A DNA stretch of 63,826 bases, the filler included, from Ministeria vibrans ATCC 50519 (Eukaryota; Protista; Filasterea), in NCBI GenBank assembly GCA_943704425.1. It is 7 parts of 7 records of this genome, joined end to end, with 100 filler letters (N's around TTAATTAATTAA, not from the genome) between each part and the next. Parts side by side here need not be neighbours in the genome. Positions count along the whole stretch, not along the records: positions 1 to 28,653 come from CALSCP010002066.1; positions 28,754 to 51,112 come from CALSCP010002553.1; 5 more parts are not named here. One strand, 5' to 3'. The notes under the pieces are model-generated. The model saw only the letters and a program-made list of their open reading frames with translations. It did no database searches and was not told the DNA's origin. Position 1 is the stretch's first letter. Each line of letters opens with the position of its first letter. Both the position numbers and the translations under genes were made by a program. Positions 13,178 to 28,892 of this stretch are shown piece by piece.

Positions 13178-16100
13178 ATGAAGTTTGCGCTTCTCGTCCT
13201 TTGTCTTTGTTGTGTCGCCGCCGTGTGCGCCCAAGGCCCACCCAATCCAAGACCTTCGGGTGCACGTCCTTCGTCGCGACCCGACCGACCTACTAGTGTA
13301 AGCGATTGGTTGAATTTTCCATTTGATTCTCACACTACTCTTTTCGCATTGTTGCCACAAAAATTTCAGCGTCCCCTGTTTACCGGCCGCCCGTCTCCAA
13401 CGGGCCCCGCCCGCCCGTCCAACGCTCCAGGTGCTACCGGCAGTGCACCCCAACCCACAAGGGTAAGCTATTTGCGTTGATTGGGCGATATCCAGCGTGT
13501 GGTTCCCACGCAACTCTGTATTTTTTTTTCCTTTCTTCTTATTTACCCCTCACCGTTCTGCTCAGCCGACCGCCGCCGCCCCTGCATGAAACGTTCTTAA
13601 CTTATGTTTTCTTGTCTTCTTTACGTGTTGTCTTGCAGCCTAGCAACGTCGAAGTGCTTGATTGGTACACTTCAAATTTTGCGGGATTCACTGGCAGTGG
13701 CTTTGCTCCAAACCCTAGCGCGGGCCAACTTTCTTCCAATGAGTGGTATGTTGATGTTGCTGCACCAACACCGACAGTGGGTCCCAATGTGAGTGCACGC
13801 CCCACTGGTACACGACCGACAGCCCGTCCCGATGCGAGTGCACGCCCCACTGGTACACGACCGACAGCCCGTCCCGATGCGAGTGCACGCCCCACTGGTA
13901 CACGACCGACAGCCCGTCCCGATGCGAGTGCACGCCCCACTGGAACCCGACCGACAGCCCGTCCCAATGCGAGTGCACGTCCCACTGGTACACGACCGAC
14001 AGCCCGTCCCAATGCGAGTGCACGCCCCACTGGAACACGACCGACAGCCCGTCCTGCTGGAGCAACTGGCGTGGGTGGTCTCGGTGGTGGTGGTCCCGGT
14101 GGTGGTGGTCCCGGTGGTGGTGGTCCCGGGGGTGGTGGCCCAGGTGGCGGAATTGGTCGCCGTGATGTCGGTGTCTATGGGGGCGAGCAAACCTCTGCCG
14201 AGTTTGCTGGCGGCGTTGTGTCTGAATTACCGACTACGCCCGCCGTGTACGCTCTTAACTCAACACGCGGCATTGCGCTGGTATGCAACCAATAACTTCC
14301 CTATCATTTTCTTATCAATATTCTTGCTCTTATACATAACCTAGGGTGTGTTTGCAACTCAAGCCTTTTTCAACCCCGGCTTTTTTGAGCTACAGCTTCC
14401 AGCTCAGCCACTGAGCACAAACGATGTGCTACGAGTGCGCACTGAGTTTGTATCGCTCGGCAATCCCTCAATTGGATGGGCGCTCTCCGCGTACACGGGA
14501 GCTCTCGATAGCCCTGACGCCACCCCCTTTGTCACTCTCGACCGGTTCTCTCCGCCACAACAACAGCAAAGGCCTCCAACTCAGTGGCAATACTCTCTTC
14601 GTACTGCTCATCTCAATGTCACGGCAGGTAAAACATCAGAATGAACAACCAACCAAAATGACAGACCTTCGTTTGCAGATATGGTCTCGTCTGCGCGCAT
14701 CTTCTTGCGCTTCACAACGCGCGGAGGTCCGCCCAACACGCCTTTCTCATCGGGTCTGGTTGGCATCAACAGTGTCCAAGTTCAGATTGTATCGCCCTTG
14801 TCGACTTCCAGTGTCAGTGTGGCTCCCAGTGCGACTCCCAGTGTGGCTCCCACTGCGACTTCCTCCTCTAGCTCTGTCGCTTTGTGTGCGTCTATGCCCT
14901 GCCTCCATGGCGCCACATGCAACGAAATGCTGGACTCATACACCTGCACGTGTGCCCTTGGCTTCAGTGGCGACCACTGCTCTGTTAATGTGGACGAGTG
15001 CTCAAGTGAGCCATGTCAAAACGGTGGAACCTGTACCGACACCGTCAATGGTTTCACTTGTACGTGCGTCTTGGGTTTCACCGACAGCATCTGCCAGACT
15101 AACATTGACGACTGCGCTGCTCAGCCCTGCCTTAATGGTGCTTCGTGTACCGACTCCGTCAACGGCTACTCGTGCGCGTGCGCCTCAGGCTTTACTGGCA
15201 CCCTGTGCGACCAGGACGTACTCGAGTGCGCCTCCGCTCCGTGCCAGAATGGTGGCACGTGTACGGACGGCGTAAACAGCTACACTTGCACGTGCGCTGC
15301 GGGATACACGGACGCCTCATGTGCAACAAACATCAACGAGTGTGCCTCCACTCCGTGCCAGAATGGTGCCACATGTACGGACGGCGTAAACAGCTACACT
15401 TGCACTTGCGCTGCGGGGTTTTTTGGCACCTTTTGCGACACAGCCACTGACGAATGTGCGTCGTCTCCGTGCCAGAACAACGGCGTGTGCTCCGATACGG
15501 TTGCTGGCTACACCTGTACTTGCGTCACTGGCTTCAACGGTGCCCTGTGCCAGACCAACATCAACGAGTGCGCCTCCACCCCGTGTGAGAATGGTGCCAC
15601 GTGTACGGACGGCGTGAACGGCTACACTTGCACGTGCGCTGCGGGATACATGGGCGCCTTATGTGCAACGAACATCAACGAGTGCGCCTCCACCCCGTGC
15701 GAGAATGGTGCCACATGTACGGATGGCGTGAACGGCTACACTTGCACGTGCGCTGCGGGATACATGGGCGCCTCATGTGCAACGAACATCAACGAGTGTG
15801 CGTCAAGTCCGTGTCAGAACGGCGGCGTGTGCACGGATGGAACGAACAGTTTCTCGTGTGCGTGTGTCACCGGGTGGTTTGGCGACGTGTGCGACACGGA
15901 TGTCAACGAGTGCGCGTCGAACCCATGTGGCAATGGGGCGACGTGTGCGGATTCGACGAACGGGTATGCGTGCCAGTGTGCGGCTGGATACGAAGGGCCA
16001 CACTGTCTCACTGAGACGGACGAGTGCGCGTCGAGCCCATGCATGAATGCAGGTGTGTGCGTTGACCAGTTGGCGGGTTTTAGTTGTACTTGTGTGACTG

Positions 16101-17434
16101 GGTACGAAGGCGCTACGTGTGCGATGAACAGCAACGAGTGCGCGTCCAATCCGTGTACCAATGGCGGCGTGTGTAATGACGCTATCAACGGCTACTCTTG
16201 TACGTGTGCCTCTGGTTTCACGGGTGTTCTGTGCGACCTGGATCTCGACGAGTGCGTCTCGTTCCCGTGTGCCAACGGTGCTTCGTGCGTGAACAAAGCG
16301 AATGGCTTCTCTTGCTCGTGTTCTGCGGGCTTTTTTGGAGCGTTGTGCGAATCGGAGACGAACGAGTGTGCGTCGAATCCCTGCTTGAACGGTGCGTCTT
16401 GTACTGATTTAGTCAATGGCTTTTCCTGTTTGTGTTCGGCCGGCTACACAGGCAGTTTGTGCACTGTGAACGAAAACGAGTGTGCATCGAACCCTTGCCT
16501 CAACGGCGGTGTCTGCACCGACCATGTCAACAGTTTCTTTTGCGCCTGTCCAAGCGGCTTTACCGGGACGACCTGCGCGGACGATGTCGACGAGTGCACG
16601 TCCAACCCGTGCTCAGGCGCGACCTCATTCTGCTCCAATAACATCGGCTCGTACAGCTGCTCTCCTCCCCTCGAGGGTGCAGTTCTTGCTCAGTCACTTG
16701 TACCCACAACTGGTGCGACGATCACCTCGTCGAATGTGAAGGTTGTCGTTCCTGCTGGAGCACTGACAGCTGGTACAACCATTACACTGGCGCAATTTCC
16801 CGCAACGTACCAGCCTAATGTTGCGCCTGCGACGACGTCAGGTGCTGCCGGATTCTTCTACGAGCTTGCTCCCTCCATTTCTTCGTTCAACGGCAAGCAA
16901 GTGCGGGTAACAGTCACCATCCCAAATTTTGACGCCTCCAAGACGTATGTGCTGTACTATCGTGCGAGCGGTGGAGCATGGACAGAGGCGTCCAGTCAAG
17001 TCGTCGATGCGACACTGCACACCGTTTCGGGTGGCCTTCTGCACTTCAGCACAGTTGGTGTCTACACAGCCACTCAGCCAGCGACGGGCAACCAGAACAA
17101 CAGTGGCGCATCCTCCAACACAATCCTGATCGTTGTCCTTGCCGTGGTGGCGTCCGCTCTTGTATGCCTCGTCGTCATTGCCGCCATCCTCTACACACGT
17201 CGGCGTCGCCAAGCGCACCTGTGGACCAACAGCAGCGCCAAGCCCACTGCCACCTCCACGTCGCTCTTTGCCGACACCAGTGCGGCTGGCCAAGAGCAAC
17301 AGATGGGCTCGCACGATTCGTTTACCAATCCGATCTTTGCTGATAGCACCGACAATCTGCCCCGCGCCGTTCCCGAGAAACGCACTCCCATGGATGCCTT
17401 TTACATCGACAATGGCGATGAATTTGTTGCCTAG
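13178..17434 (+). CDS. Single-pass Notch-like EGF-repeat surface protein with juxtamembrane ZU5-like (HFS) domain
   Basis: Signal peptide MKFALLVLCLCCVAAVCA; several short exons; 15 complete + 1 partial EGF repeat in exon ~14680-17434; ZU5-like ..VVPAGAL..YELAP..GGLLHFSTVGV; TM ILIVVLAVVASALVCLVVIAAILY then RRRR; tail with FTNPIF. Confidence 0.9.
13792..14150 (+). repeat. Coding tandem repeats: ~6 x 45 bp (SARPTGTRPTARP[D/N]A) then (GGGGP)x4
   Basis: Visible unit gagtgcacgccccactggtacacgaccgacagcccgtccc..; in frame within an exon of the EGF protein. Confidence 0.9.
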
Positions 17435-17591
17435 CCAGACAAGTTCGAGAGGGAGGAAGAAAGAGAGACAAAGAAAGAGTGTGTGTGATGTATAACAAAA
17501 AACTTCAATTAACAATAATAATAATAATAATAATAATAATAGTTATTCGTGGTTCAAAATGTTTTCTTGTCTTCGGTTTAATTTGTAAGTA

Positions 17592-21402
<3,811 letters not shown>

Positions 21403-21760
21403 GGTTGGTGTCGCAGCGGATGCAAGAGGTTAGGACGCGCACAGACAAGGGGACGCGTGCACGAAGGCGAGTTTTATTTTGACTTTTCAGTAATTCAGTT
21501 TTCACTTTTGACTTTTGAGTTTTGAGAATTTGACAATACATTTCACATTTGGTAATTGGGATTTGGACTTGTCGACTTGAGACTTTACATAGCGATCTCC
21601 CAATTGTTCCTAGTGTCAGTAGTGTGAGTAGTGTCAGTGTGATATCACTAATAGTCAATACTCAAGACTGTGATAGCCCCTGGCTACTTAGTACTTACCT
21701 GTCTATGAAAAACACAAAATTAATAATCATCATAATTATTTATTTTATATTTGATTCACC

Positions 21761-22302
21761 ATGAGCGGCGATCCATCAAACTCGCCTGTCTCAGGGGATA
21801 CATCGCTTGACGCTCATGGCAGTTCTGATCGGGCAGCGTCGCCGTTGGCTGGAGATCATGAGCTTGATCGCGCGATTTTACAGTCCATGCTCCCACCCGG
21901 GATATCCTGCTTGTCCGAGGAGGAGCAGGAGGCGTACATTGACAACTGGTTGGTGACCATTCGACAGCGAGAAGAGTTTGAACGTGCTGAAGCGGTAAGG
22001 AAAAAGGAAATGGGTTGAGTTCAACTCTCTCTCTCTCACACTCTCTCTCTTTCGTCACTTCTCGATGTGCAGGCCCGCGTTGAAAGAATAGCACAGGAGT
22101 ACCCTCGCCTCCACACGGCACTCTATGAGTTCAGCGAAGAGGCGTTCCAGCGCACCTTTCGCGACTGCATTGCCAACCTCTCGAATGCTTCGGACCTTGC
22201 GTCGCTCCCATGCACTCGCCTGGGGCCTCGTCTCTTCAGAATAGAGATGCTTACACCCCAGACATGTGCTCAGTTTCTTGAAGGTATGCTATTGTCAGTG
22301 TC

Positions 22303-22384
<82 letters not shown>

Positions 22385-23011
22385 CTGACTGATTGTGTAA
22401 TGTGTGTCTCTTATTGAATGTTAGAGATTGACCATTTCGAAGAGTGGTGCACCTCGCAGGGACTGCCGATACGGCGTCCGAATAGCATGAACGAACACGG
22501 AGCCATTCTTGACGAGATGGGGTTTGCGCCGTTGATGCGAGAATGGATTCGCTATGCAGTGGAACCCCTGAGTCGCGTGTGCTTTCCAGAGGTGTTGCTT
22601 GAGGAGTCGCACTTGGACGACCACCATGCGTTTGTGGTGGAGTACGGAGCGGGGAAGGACCGAACACTGAGTGAGCATGTGGATGATGCTGAAGTGACCC
22701 TCAATCTCTGTCTTGGGCGTGTCTTCACCGGAAGCAAATTGCTCTTCAACGGCATTCGCTGTGGCCACCACCGCCAGTGTGAGGCGCGCACCGACGAACT
22801 CATCACGACAGACCACACACTGGGCTCTGCCCTTCTCCACTTGGGCAACCACCGCCATCGTGCACTGCCGCTCGAGTCGGGTCATCGCTCCAATCTCATT
22901 CTGTGGTGTCGCAGTCGTGTCTATCGCGAGCGCATCTACGCACAGTTGGAGGACATGGACGAGAGGGACGTGCAGCCGAGCGACTGCTTGATACCCTGTG
23001 ACTATGTATAA
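21761..23011 (+). CDS. OGFOD2: 2OG-Fe(II) oxygenase, OGFOD2-like, 3 exons
   Basis: RPNSMNEHGAILDEMGF; HHAFVVEY; HVDDAEVTLNLCLG (HxD); HLGNHRHRALPLESGHRSNLILWCRS. Confidence 0.85.
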
Positions 23012-23159
23012 AATATATGAAGAAGAATGATCTCAGTCACAGCTCTAGTTTGAACGCAATGCAACAAACAGATCGTGAGAGACATCACTAAAACGAACGA
23101 GGATCAAAGTGGGCATATCCAGATTCCAATCGGGAAAATTTGATCATTTTTTTATATTA

Positions 23160-24308
23160 GGTACTACGCGATGCCTGATAAGAACAGCCCTGTCCAAGGC
23201 TTCTCGACTGGCTCGCTCCGCGTCGAATCAGACGTGGACTTGTCGGAAATCAACGACGAACTTGCCACGGTGAAAAGCACTCGAATGTACGACCTTCTCA
23301 TTGTTAACAGTGCCACCACAGTTGGAGCGGTAAGGGGAGGCTGAACGAAAAATAAAACGGACGATATGAGAGGAGAGAAGAGAAATTGAGAGAGAGGTAC
23401 TAAACAAACAGTGATTCAGTTTGTCCTGCGCGCCGTTACGGCGCCCTTTCACCTTCTCCGGACCCAAAGACAAGCGGGATTTGTTGATGCTTCAATCAAG
23501 AGTGCACGGGCAGCCGGCGGCACCCGAGCGCTTCTTGTACGGTCTAAAATTGTGCGGAGGTTGTTGTTGTGTCTTGGGTTGATTCTCTCTTCTCTGCTCA
23601 GACGGGATTACCAGCGATTGCACTGGGCACGTCACTTTCCATGGTGTCTACCGAGGTTGACGAGGGTGATGGGAATACGCTGCCCATTCTGAGTGTGCGC
23701 GACATCCCTAACTACACAGCCTGGTTCACTCTTGCCTTCCCTCTCTTTCACGTCTACACACGTCAGGCGGTCGTTCCTTTCATTCCTGGTGCACAGCCAC
23801 ACAAGCTTTCCATGGTCAAGACACTCACTGACATTGTCAAGTAATCGCAAGAGAACCAAACACTCCACTCGAAGAGGAGCGTCTAGAACTATCTCTCTTT
23901 CTTAGACACCACGGAGTGCGTGGACTCTTCTCGGGCTACACTGCCTCATTGGCAGGCTTCTTGTCGTGCTGCTCCATTACCCTGAGTCTCTATCAGCTGA
24001 TTCCACCGGACCTGGAAAATGGCAAGTGGTCTCCGACTGTAGGCTGGGCGACTATCATCGCCGTCCCTTCCCTTTTCCTCCTCTGGTACCCCTGCGACAC
24101 CATCTCCAAGCGTCACCAACAACGCCTCGTGCGCTCCCTCGTCGACCCTACCGTCGTGCCCCTCACCAACCGTGCCCTCATCCGCCGTCTCTGGGCCAAA
24201 CACTCGCTCCCTGGCTTCTACCGCGGTCTCTCCTACTCCCTCATGAAGACACCTGTCTACGCTGCCGTCTTGGCTGGCGTGTCCGTTGCCTTCTACTCCG
24301 CGCAATAA
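23160..24308 (+). CDS. Divergent mitochondrial carrier (SLC25) family protein; 5' end uncertain
   Basis: Px[DE]xxKR-like YPCDTISKR; RGLFSG and PGFYRGL motifs; APFHLLRTQRQ. Confidence 0.55.
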
Positions 24309-24883
24309 AATGCAAACTGAAACCACATTGTAAAAAGAACAACCAAGGGACAACCAAGGATTGTTATGCCCAAACAAACAAAAAAGGAAAAACTAACGAC
24401 GAGAAATTAATAAGAGTAACTATTACAATCAGAGCTTGCCAAAGCATTGGCACACACCAGAGCGTTCCAAAACACCACACAATACAATACGGGCGAGCAC
24501 ACAATATTTTCAATAGAAAAAATAAATAGAAGAAGAAGAATAATACAACCCATTTATTAATGAAAACATGAATAGAAGAAGAAGAATACAATCAATTTAT
24601 TAATGAAAAAATAATTAATAGAAGAAGACATTTCCAATCTGAATCGCTATGAAAATTGACTCTTGGCCAAAATTCTTGCGCTCGACCCACCCAATCCTCC
24701 TTCCCCTTCCCTCTTCCCCGCAATCCGTTCATTCCAAAAGTACCGTCTTGATCCACCCCACCCAGCCAGCTCCCCTGCGCAAGTCTCCTCATACTGCGCA
24801 ATACTATAAATTGGCCGTTGATCAACCAAACCCATTCACTTATTTTTCTCTCTCTCACTCTTTCCCCAAACAAACAAACCAAA

Positions 24884-27874
24884 ATGAAAGTCTATGGACT
24901 CTGCTACGTCCCCGTTCACGCCGTCACCCCTGTGGTTGTTCAGTACGTGCCCGTCTACCACCCCGTGCCCCTCCGAAGTGTCTCGGTGAACGGTAAGATC
25001 CCATTTTTTTTATTCTCAACTTACCCCTTTCACTTTCCTCCTCTCATCTTGCTCCTCCTGCCAGCGCAAATGGTCGACGTCTGCGCCGAAGTCACAGTCA
25101 AGCAAGTCTACGTCAACAGCGAACCCACACCCATTGAGGCACAGTAAGAAGACAAAAAAAGAAGACAAAAAAACAAAAAAACAAAAAAAAGTCGCACTGC
25201 ACTCCTCTCTCTGTCCCTAACGCCTCTCCCTCCGTCTCCTGCTGCTAGATATGTCTTCCCACTTGACGAACGCGCGGCGGTCTGCGCGTTCAGCTGCGAC
25301 GTGGACGGGCGTCAGATTGTGGGTGAGGTGAAGGAGAAGGACGAGGCGACGCGCGAGTACAATGCGGCTGTGCAGCAGGGCCACGGCGCGGCGCTTCTCA
25401 CGCAGGAGAAGGAGGACGTCTTCAAGGCCAAGATTGGCAACATTCTGTCGGGCTCGGTCGTGACTGTGTCCATCACGTATGTGGTCGAACTTAAGACGGA
25501 GGGTGACGCTGTGCGTTTCTTGCTGCCCACTACTGTCGCGCCGCGCTACACACCGCCCGGCACGGCACCCACCGCACAGCCACCTACTGCGTCGTTTGCT
25601 GCGAGCGCCGCTTATGCGCTTGATATTAAGCTCGAGTGCTCCATGATGTCGGCGATCCAATCGATTGTTTCGCCCTCTCACGGCCATGTCATGGTCGCGA
25701 CTGTCGAGGGCCAGACGGCCACGGCACAGCTGCTGAATGCCGTGGACATGGACAAGGATCTGGTGGTGCTGGTGACGCCCGAGAAGCCCTTGGTGCTGCA
25801 AGCGTGCCTCGAGCACGACGCGCCCTCAGGCTCCCACGCCGCCATGCTCACCATCTGCCCACAGTTTGAGCTCGTCGACAAGCGAGGCGAGTACGTCTTT
25901 GTGGTGGACCGCAGTGGCTCGATGCGTGGTGCCCAGATGACAAAGGCATGTGCCGCCCTGCAGCTCTTTCTGCGTTCACTGCCCGCCGACTGCTACTTCA
26001 ACATTGTCGGATTTGGCTCGCGCATGGAAATGTACGAGCGCTCGTCGGTGCGCTACAACGCCCACTCGCTCGCCAGTGCCACCAAACACATCAACGGAAT
26101 CACCGCCAACCTGGGCGGCACCGAACTGCTCAACCCACTACGCACCGTAATGGACCGTCCTGCCATTCCCGGCTACGCCCGGCAGGTCTTTGTGCTCACC
26201 GACGGACAGGTGTCCAACACCGAGGCGGTCGTGTCCTACGTGCGCTCGCAGGACCGCCACGCGCGTGTCTTTGCTCTGGGCATTGGCTCGGCCGTCTCGC
26301 GTGCTCTCGTTGAAGGCATTGCGCGTGCCGGCAATGGTACTGCCAAGTTTGCCGTCGAGAGCACTCGTCTCGAGGGTCTTGTCGTGCCTCAGCTGAAGCA
26401 AGCCATGCAGCCCGCCATCCGCGACGTCAAAGTCGACTGGGGCACTAGCCTTGCGGCCGCCTCGGCGTCTCAGCCGCCTGTCTACACCGAAAAGGCCCCC
26501 GAGCCTGAGCCTAGCCAGCCACCCAAGGTCAAGTCTCTCCTGGGCTACCGCAGCCCCAATGCGACTGCCACCATGACTTCCGCTACATCCACCGCCACTC
26601 CCGCCAGTCGTGCCCTTGTCAAGCAGTCGCCGCACTCCCTTCCACCCGTCTTCAATGGCGAGCGCTTCCAGGTCTACTGCATCTTCGAGCCGGGCCAGTC
26701 GCTGCCCAAGAGCGTCAGCATTACTGCACAGACACCTGACGGGCCCCTTGAGGCAACTGCCGACATCACCGAGGAGACGACTGTCGAGGGTCTTCTCATC
26801 CACCGCATGGCCGCGCGTGCTCTTCTGCGCGACCTCGACAACGGTACCAGTCCCCTTCATGCCGGCCTCGGCTTTGGCTCACATCCATCGCTCGCCGAAA
26901 TCAAGCGCGAAATGGTTACGCTGAGCAAGCGCTACAACCTTGCGAGCACCCATGCCGCCTTTGTCGCAGTCGACGTGCGCTCTCTCGGCGAACGTCTTCA
27001 GTGCGGCGGCTGGACTCCTCATGTCGACGTGCCCGCCATGGCACCTCAGCAACAACAACAGCAATTCCGCAGCCGTGGCGGTCCCATGCTTGCTGCGCCT
27101 ATGATGATGCAGGCAGGATTCGGAGGTGGCGGTGGCGGCGGCTACGCTCGCAACTGTGCGGCGCCCATGATGAAGGCCAAGATGAAGAAGGGCGCCGGTC
27201 CACCACCGCCCATGGCTCCCGGTGGACCCGGGGCCCAGGTGGCCATGAGACGCTCGGCTGCCGCTCCTGCCGCTCCTGCCATGAACTCTGCGGCCTCCGC
27301 GCCTACCGCTGACATGCTCTGTGACAGCTTTGGTTTTGTTGACGATTCAATGGACAACTCGAGTCTGTGCAGCAGCGACGACGACGAGGACGACGACTGG
27401 GAGGAGAAGACAGAAAAACTCGAGCTGAACTCAGCGTCGCTCCTGTCCGTCAAGACCGACAAGAAGCACATCAACAAGGAGAGTAGCAGCAGCAGCAGAC
27501 GTAAGGAAGGTGGTGGTGCGGAGAAGAAGAACTCCAAGAGTGTGTCGCCGCTTGAGACAATGGACCTCATTGTGAGCACTCAGGACGTCGATGGCTCAGT
27601 GGGTCTCACGGCGGCCCTTGTCGCGTCGGTCAGTGCACAGCTGAGTCAAGACGCAGTTATGACCGCCTGCAGCGCCTATCCGTCGAGCACAGGCAGCGTT
27701 GACACGCGTACCATTGCCGGCACTGCCCTGGCCATTGCGTTCCTGCGCGCCCGTCTTGCAGACCACAAGGACGAGTGGGAGCTCATGGTCGACAAGTCCC
27801 TTGACTTCCTTCGTGCTGCTGTGGGCGCTTCACACGTCGATGCCCTTCTTGCTGCTGTCGCTGCGCTTCTCTAG
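24884..27874 (+). CDS. VIT + vWA domain protein (VWA5A-like)
   Basis: VKQVYVN..PIEAQ|YVFPLDERAAVCAF; VVDRSGSM MIDAS; LGGTEL; VLTDG; VFALGIG. Confidence 0.9.
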
Positions 27875-28476
27875 GAACACACACACACACACACACACAC
27901 ACAATAGTTTATCAAGCCATAAAAATGCACAGTAATAATTTCATTCATTTGAATACATTAGTAGGTCTGTCTCACTCAGTAGTCAGTCGTCAGCATAGTG
28001 TGGGACCTACTCACTCAGTAGTCAGTCGTCAGCATAGTGTAGTGTATACACTTACTCACGCCTGTTTGTCTGGTCAAGTGGTCATACTAGCTGTTATTAT
28101 TTTGAAAATTTCAACCTCAGTAATAAAATTAGTAAAATAATTATTACGTCTTCGATCGATTATCGATAAAAATTTTCTTCTGTACATTCACCGGGACCAG
28201 AAGTACCAACTATAAATGAGTCGGGTAGGAGTGCAGGGCTCGCTTGAGCCCTCACTCCTACATTCGGTAAGCTTTTGGCACTTTTGCGTCGCTAAGTTTT
28301 TCCAATTTTTTTTCCCTTTTGATCAAATATTATAATCTTTTACCTTTTAAAAAACCCATCTGTAGGGTGGAACAGCAGACATGCATCAGGTATTTGACGC
28401 GACATCCAATATTTACAGTTAAATATTTTGCAGCCTACAAAATATGTTTATATATCACAAAAAGGCCTCGTCTGGT

Positions 28477-28589
28477 GTCTGCTTGGTCTAGTGGTATGAT
28501 AGAAGCGCAACATCTGCGCTTCCTTACATCTCGCTTCGGGCTTCAATCGAAATTGCAAGAGGTCGCCGGTTCGATTCCGGCAGCAGACC
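28477..28589 (+). tRNA. tRNA-Pro(CGG) with two introns (28501-28528 at 25/26; 28541-28553 at 37/38)
   Basis: Acceptor GTCTGCT/AGCAGAC; A box TGGTCTAGTGG; T arm GCCGG-TTCGATT-CCGGC; after removing both inserts the arm reads T CTCGC TT CGG GT GCAAG AGGTC, like eukaryotic tRNA-Pro; oligo-T terminator from 28591. Confidence 0.9.
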
Positions 28590-28653
28590 GTTTTTTTTTG
28601 GTTCTTTTTCTTTTTTTTTGGTTCTTTTTTTTCTTGCTTGTTTCTGTTTTTTT

Positions 28654-28753
28654 NNNNNNNNNNNNNNNNNNNNNNNNNNNNNNNNNNNNNNNNNNNNTTA
28701 ATTAATTAANNNNNNNNNNNNNNNNNNNNNNNNNNNNNNNNNNNNNNNNNNNN
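28654..28753. other. Artificial contig linker (N-run with TTAATTAATTAA); others near 51113-51212, 54355-54454, 57313-57412, 60162-60261, 62520-62619
   Basis: Identical six-frame-stop spacer embedded in ~100-nt N blocks. Confidence 0.97.
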
Positions 28754-28892
28754 TTTTTTTTTTTTTTTTTTTTTTTTTTAGGACTGGTCAAAAGGAGGAA
28801 ATGAGACAAAAGAAGAAGGATGTGTGGTTAAAGACGGAAGGGATGGGTTGCGGATGAACTGCAGGGAGGGGCGGGGGCGGGCAAGAACGCAC

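Noticed and set aside
28654-28753. Recurrent TTAATTAATTAA palindrome
   Set aside because: Always embedded in N runs; an artificial contig linker, so adjacency across it has no biological meaning.
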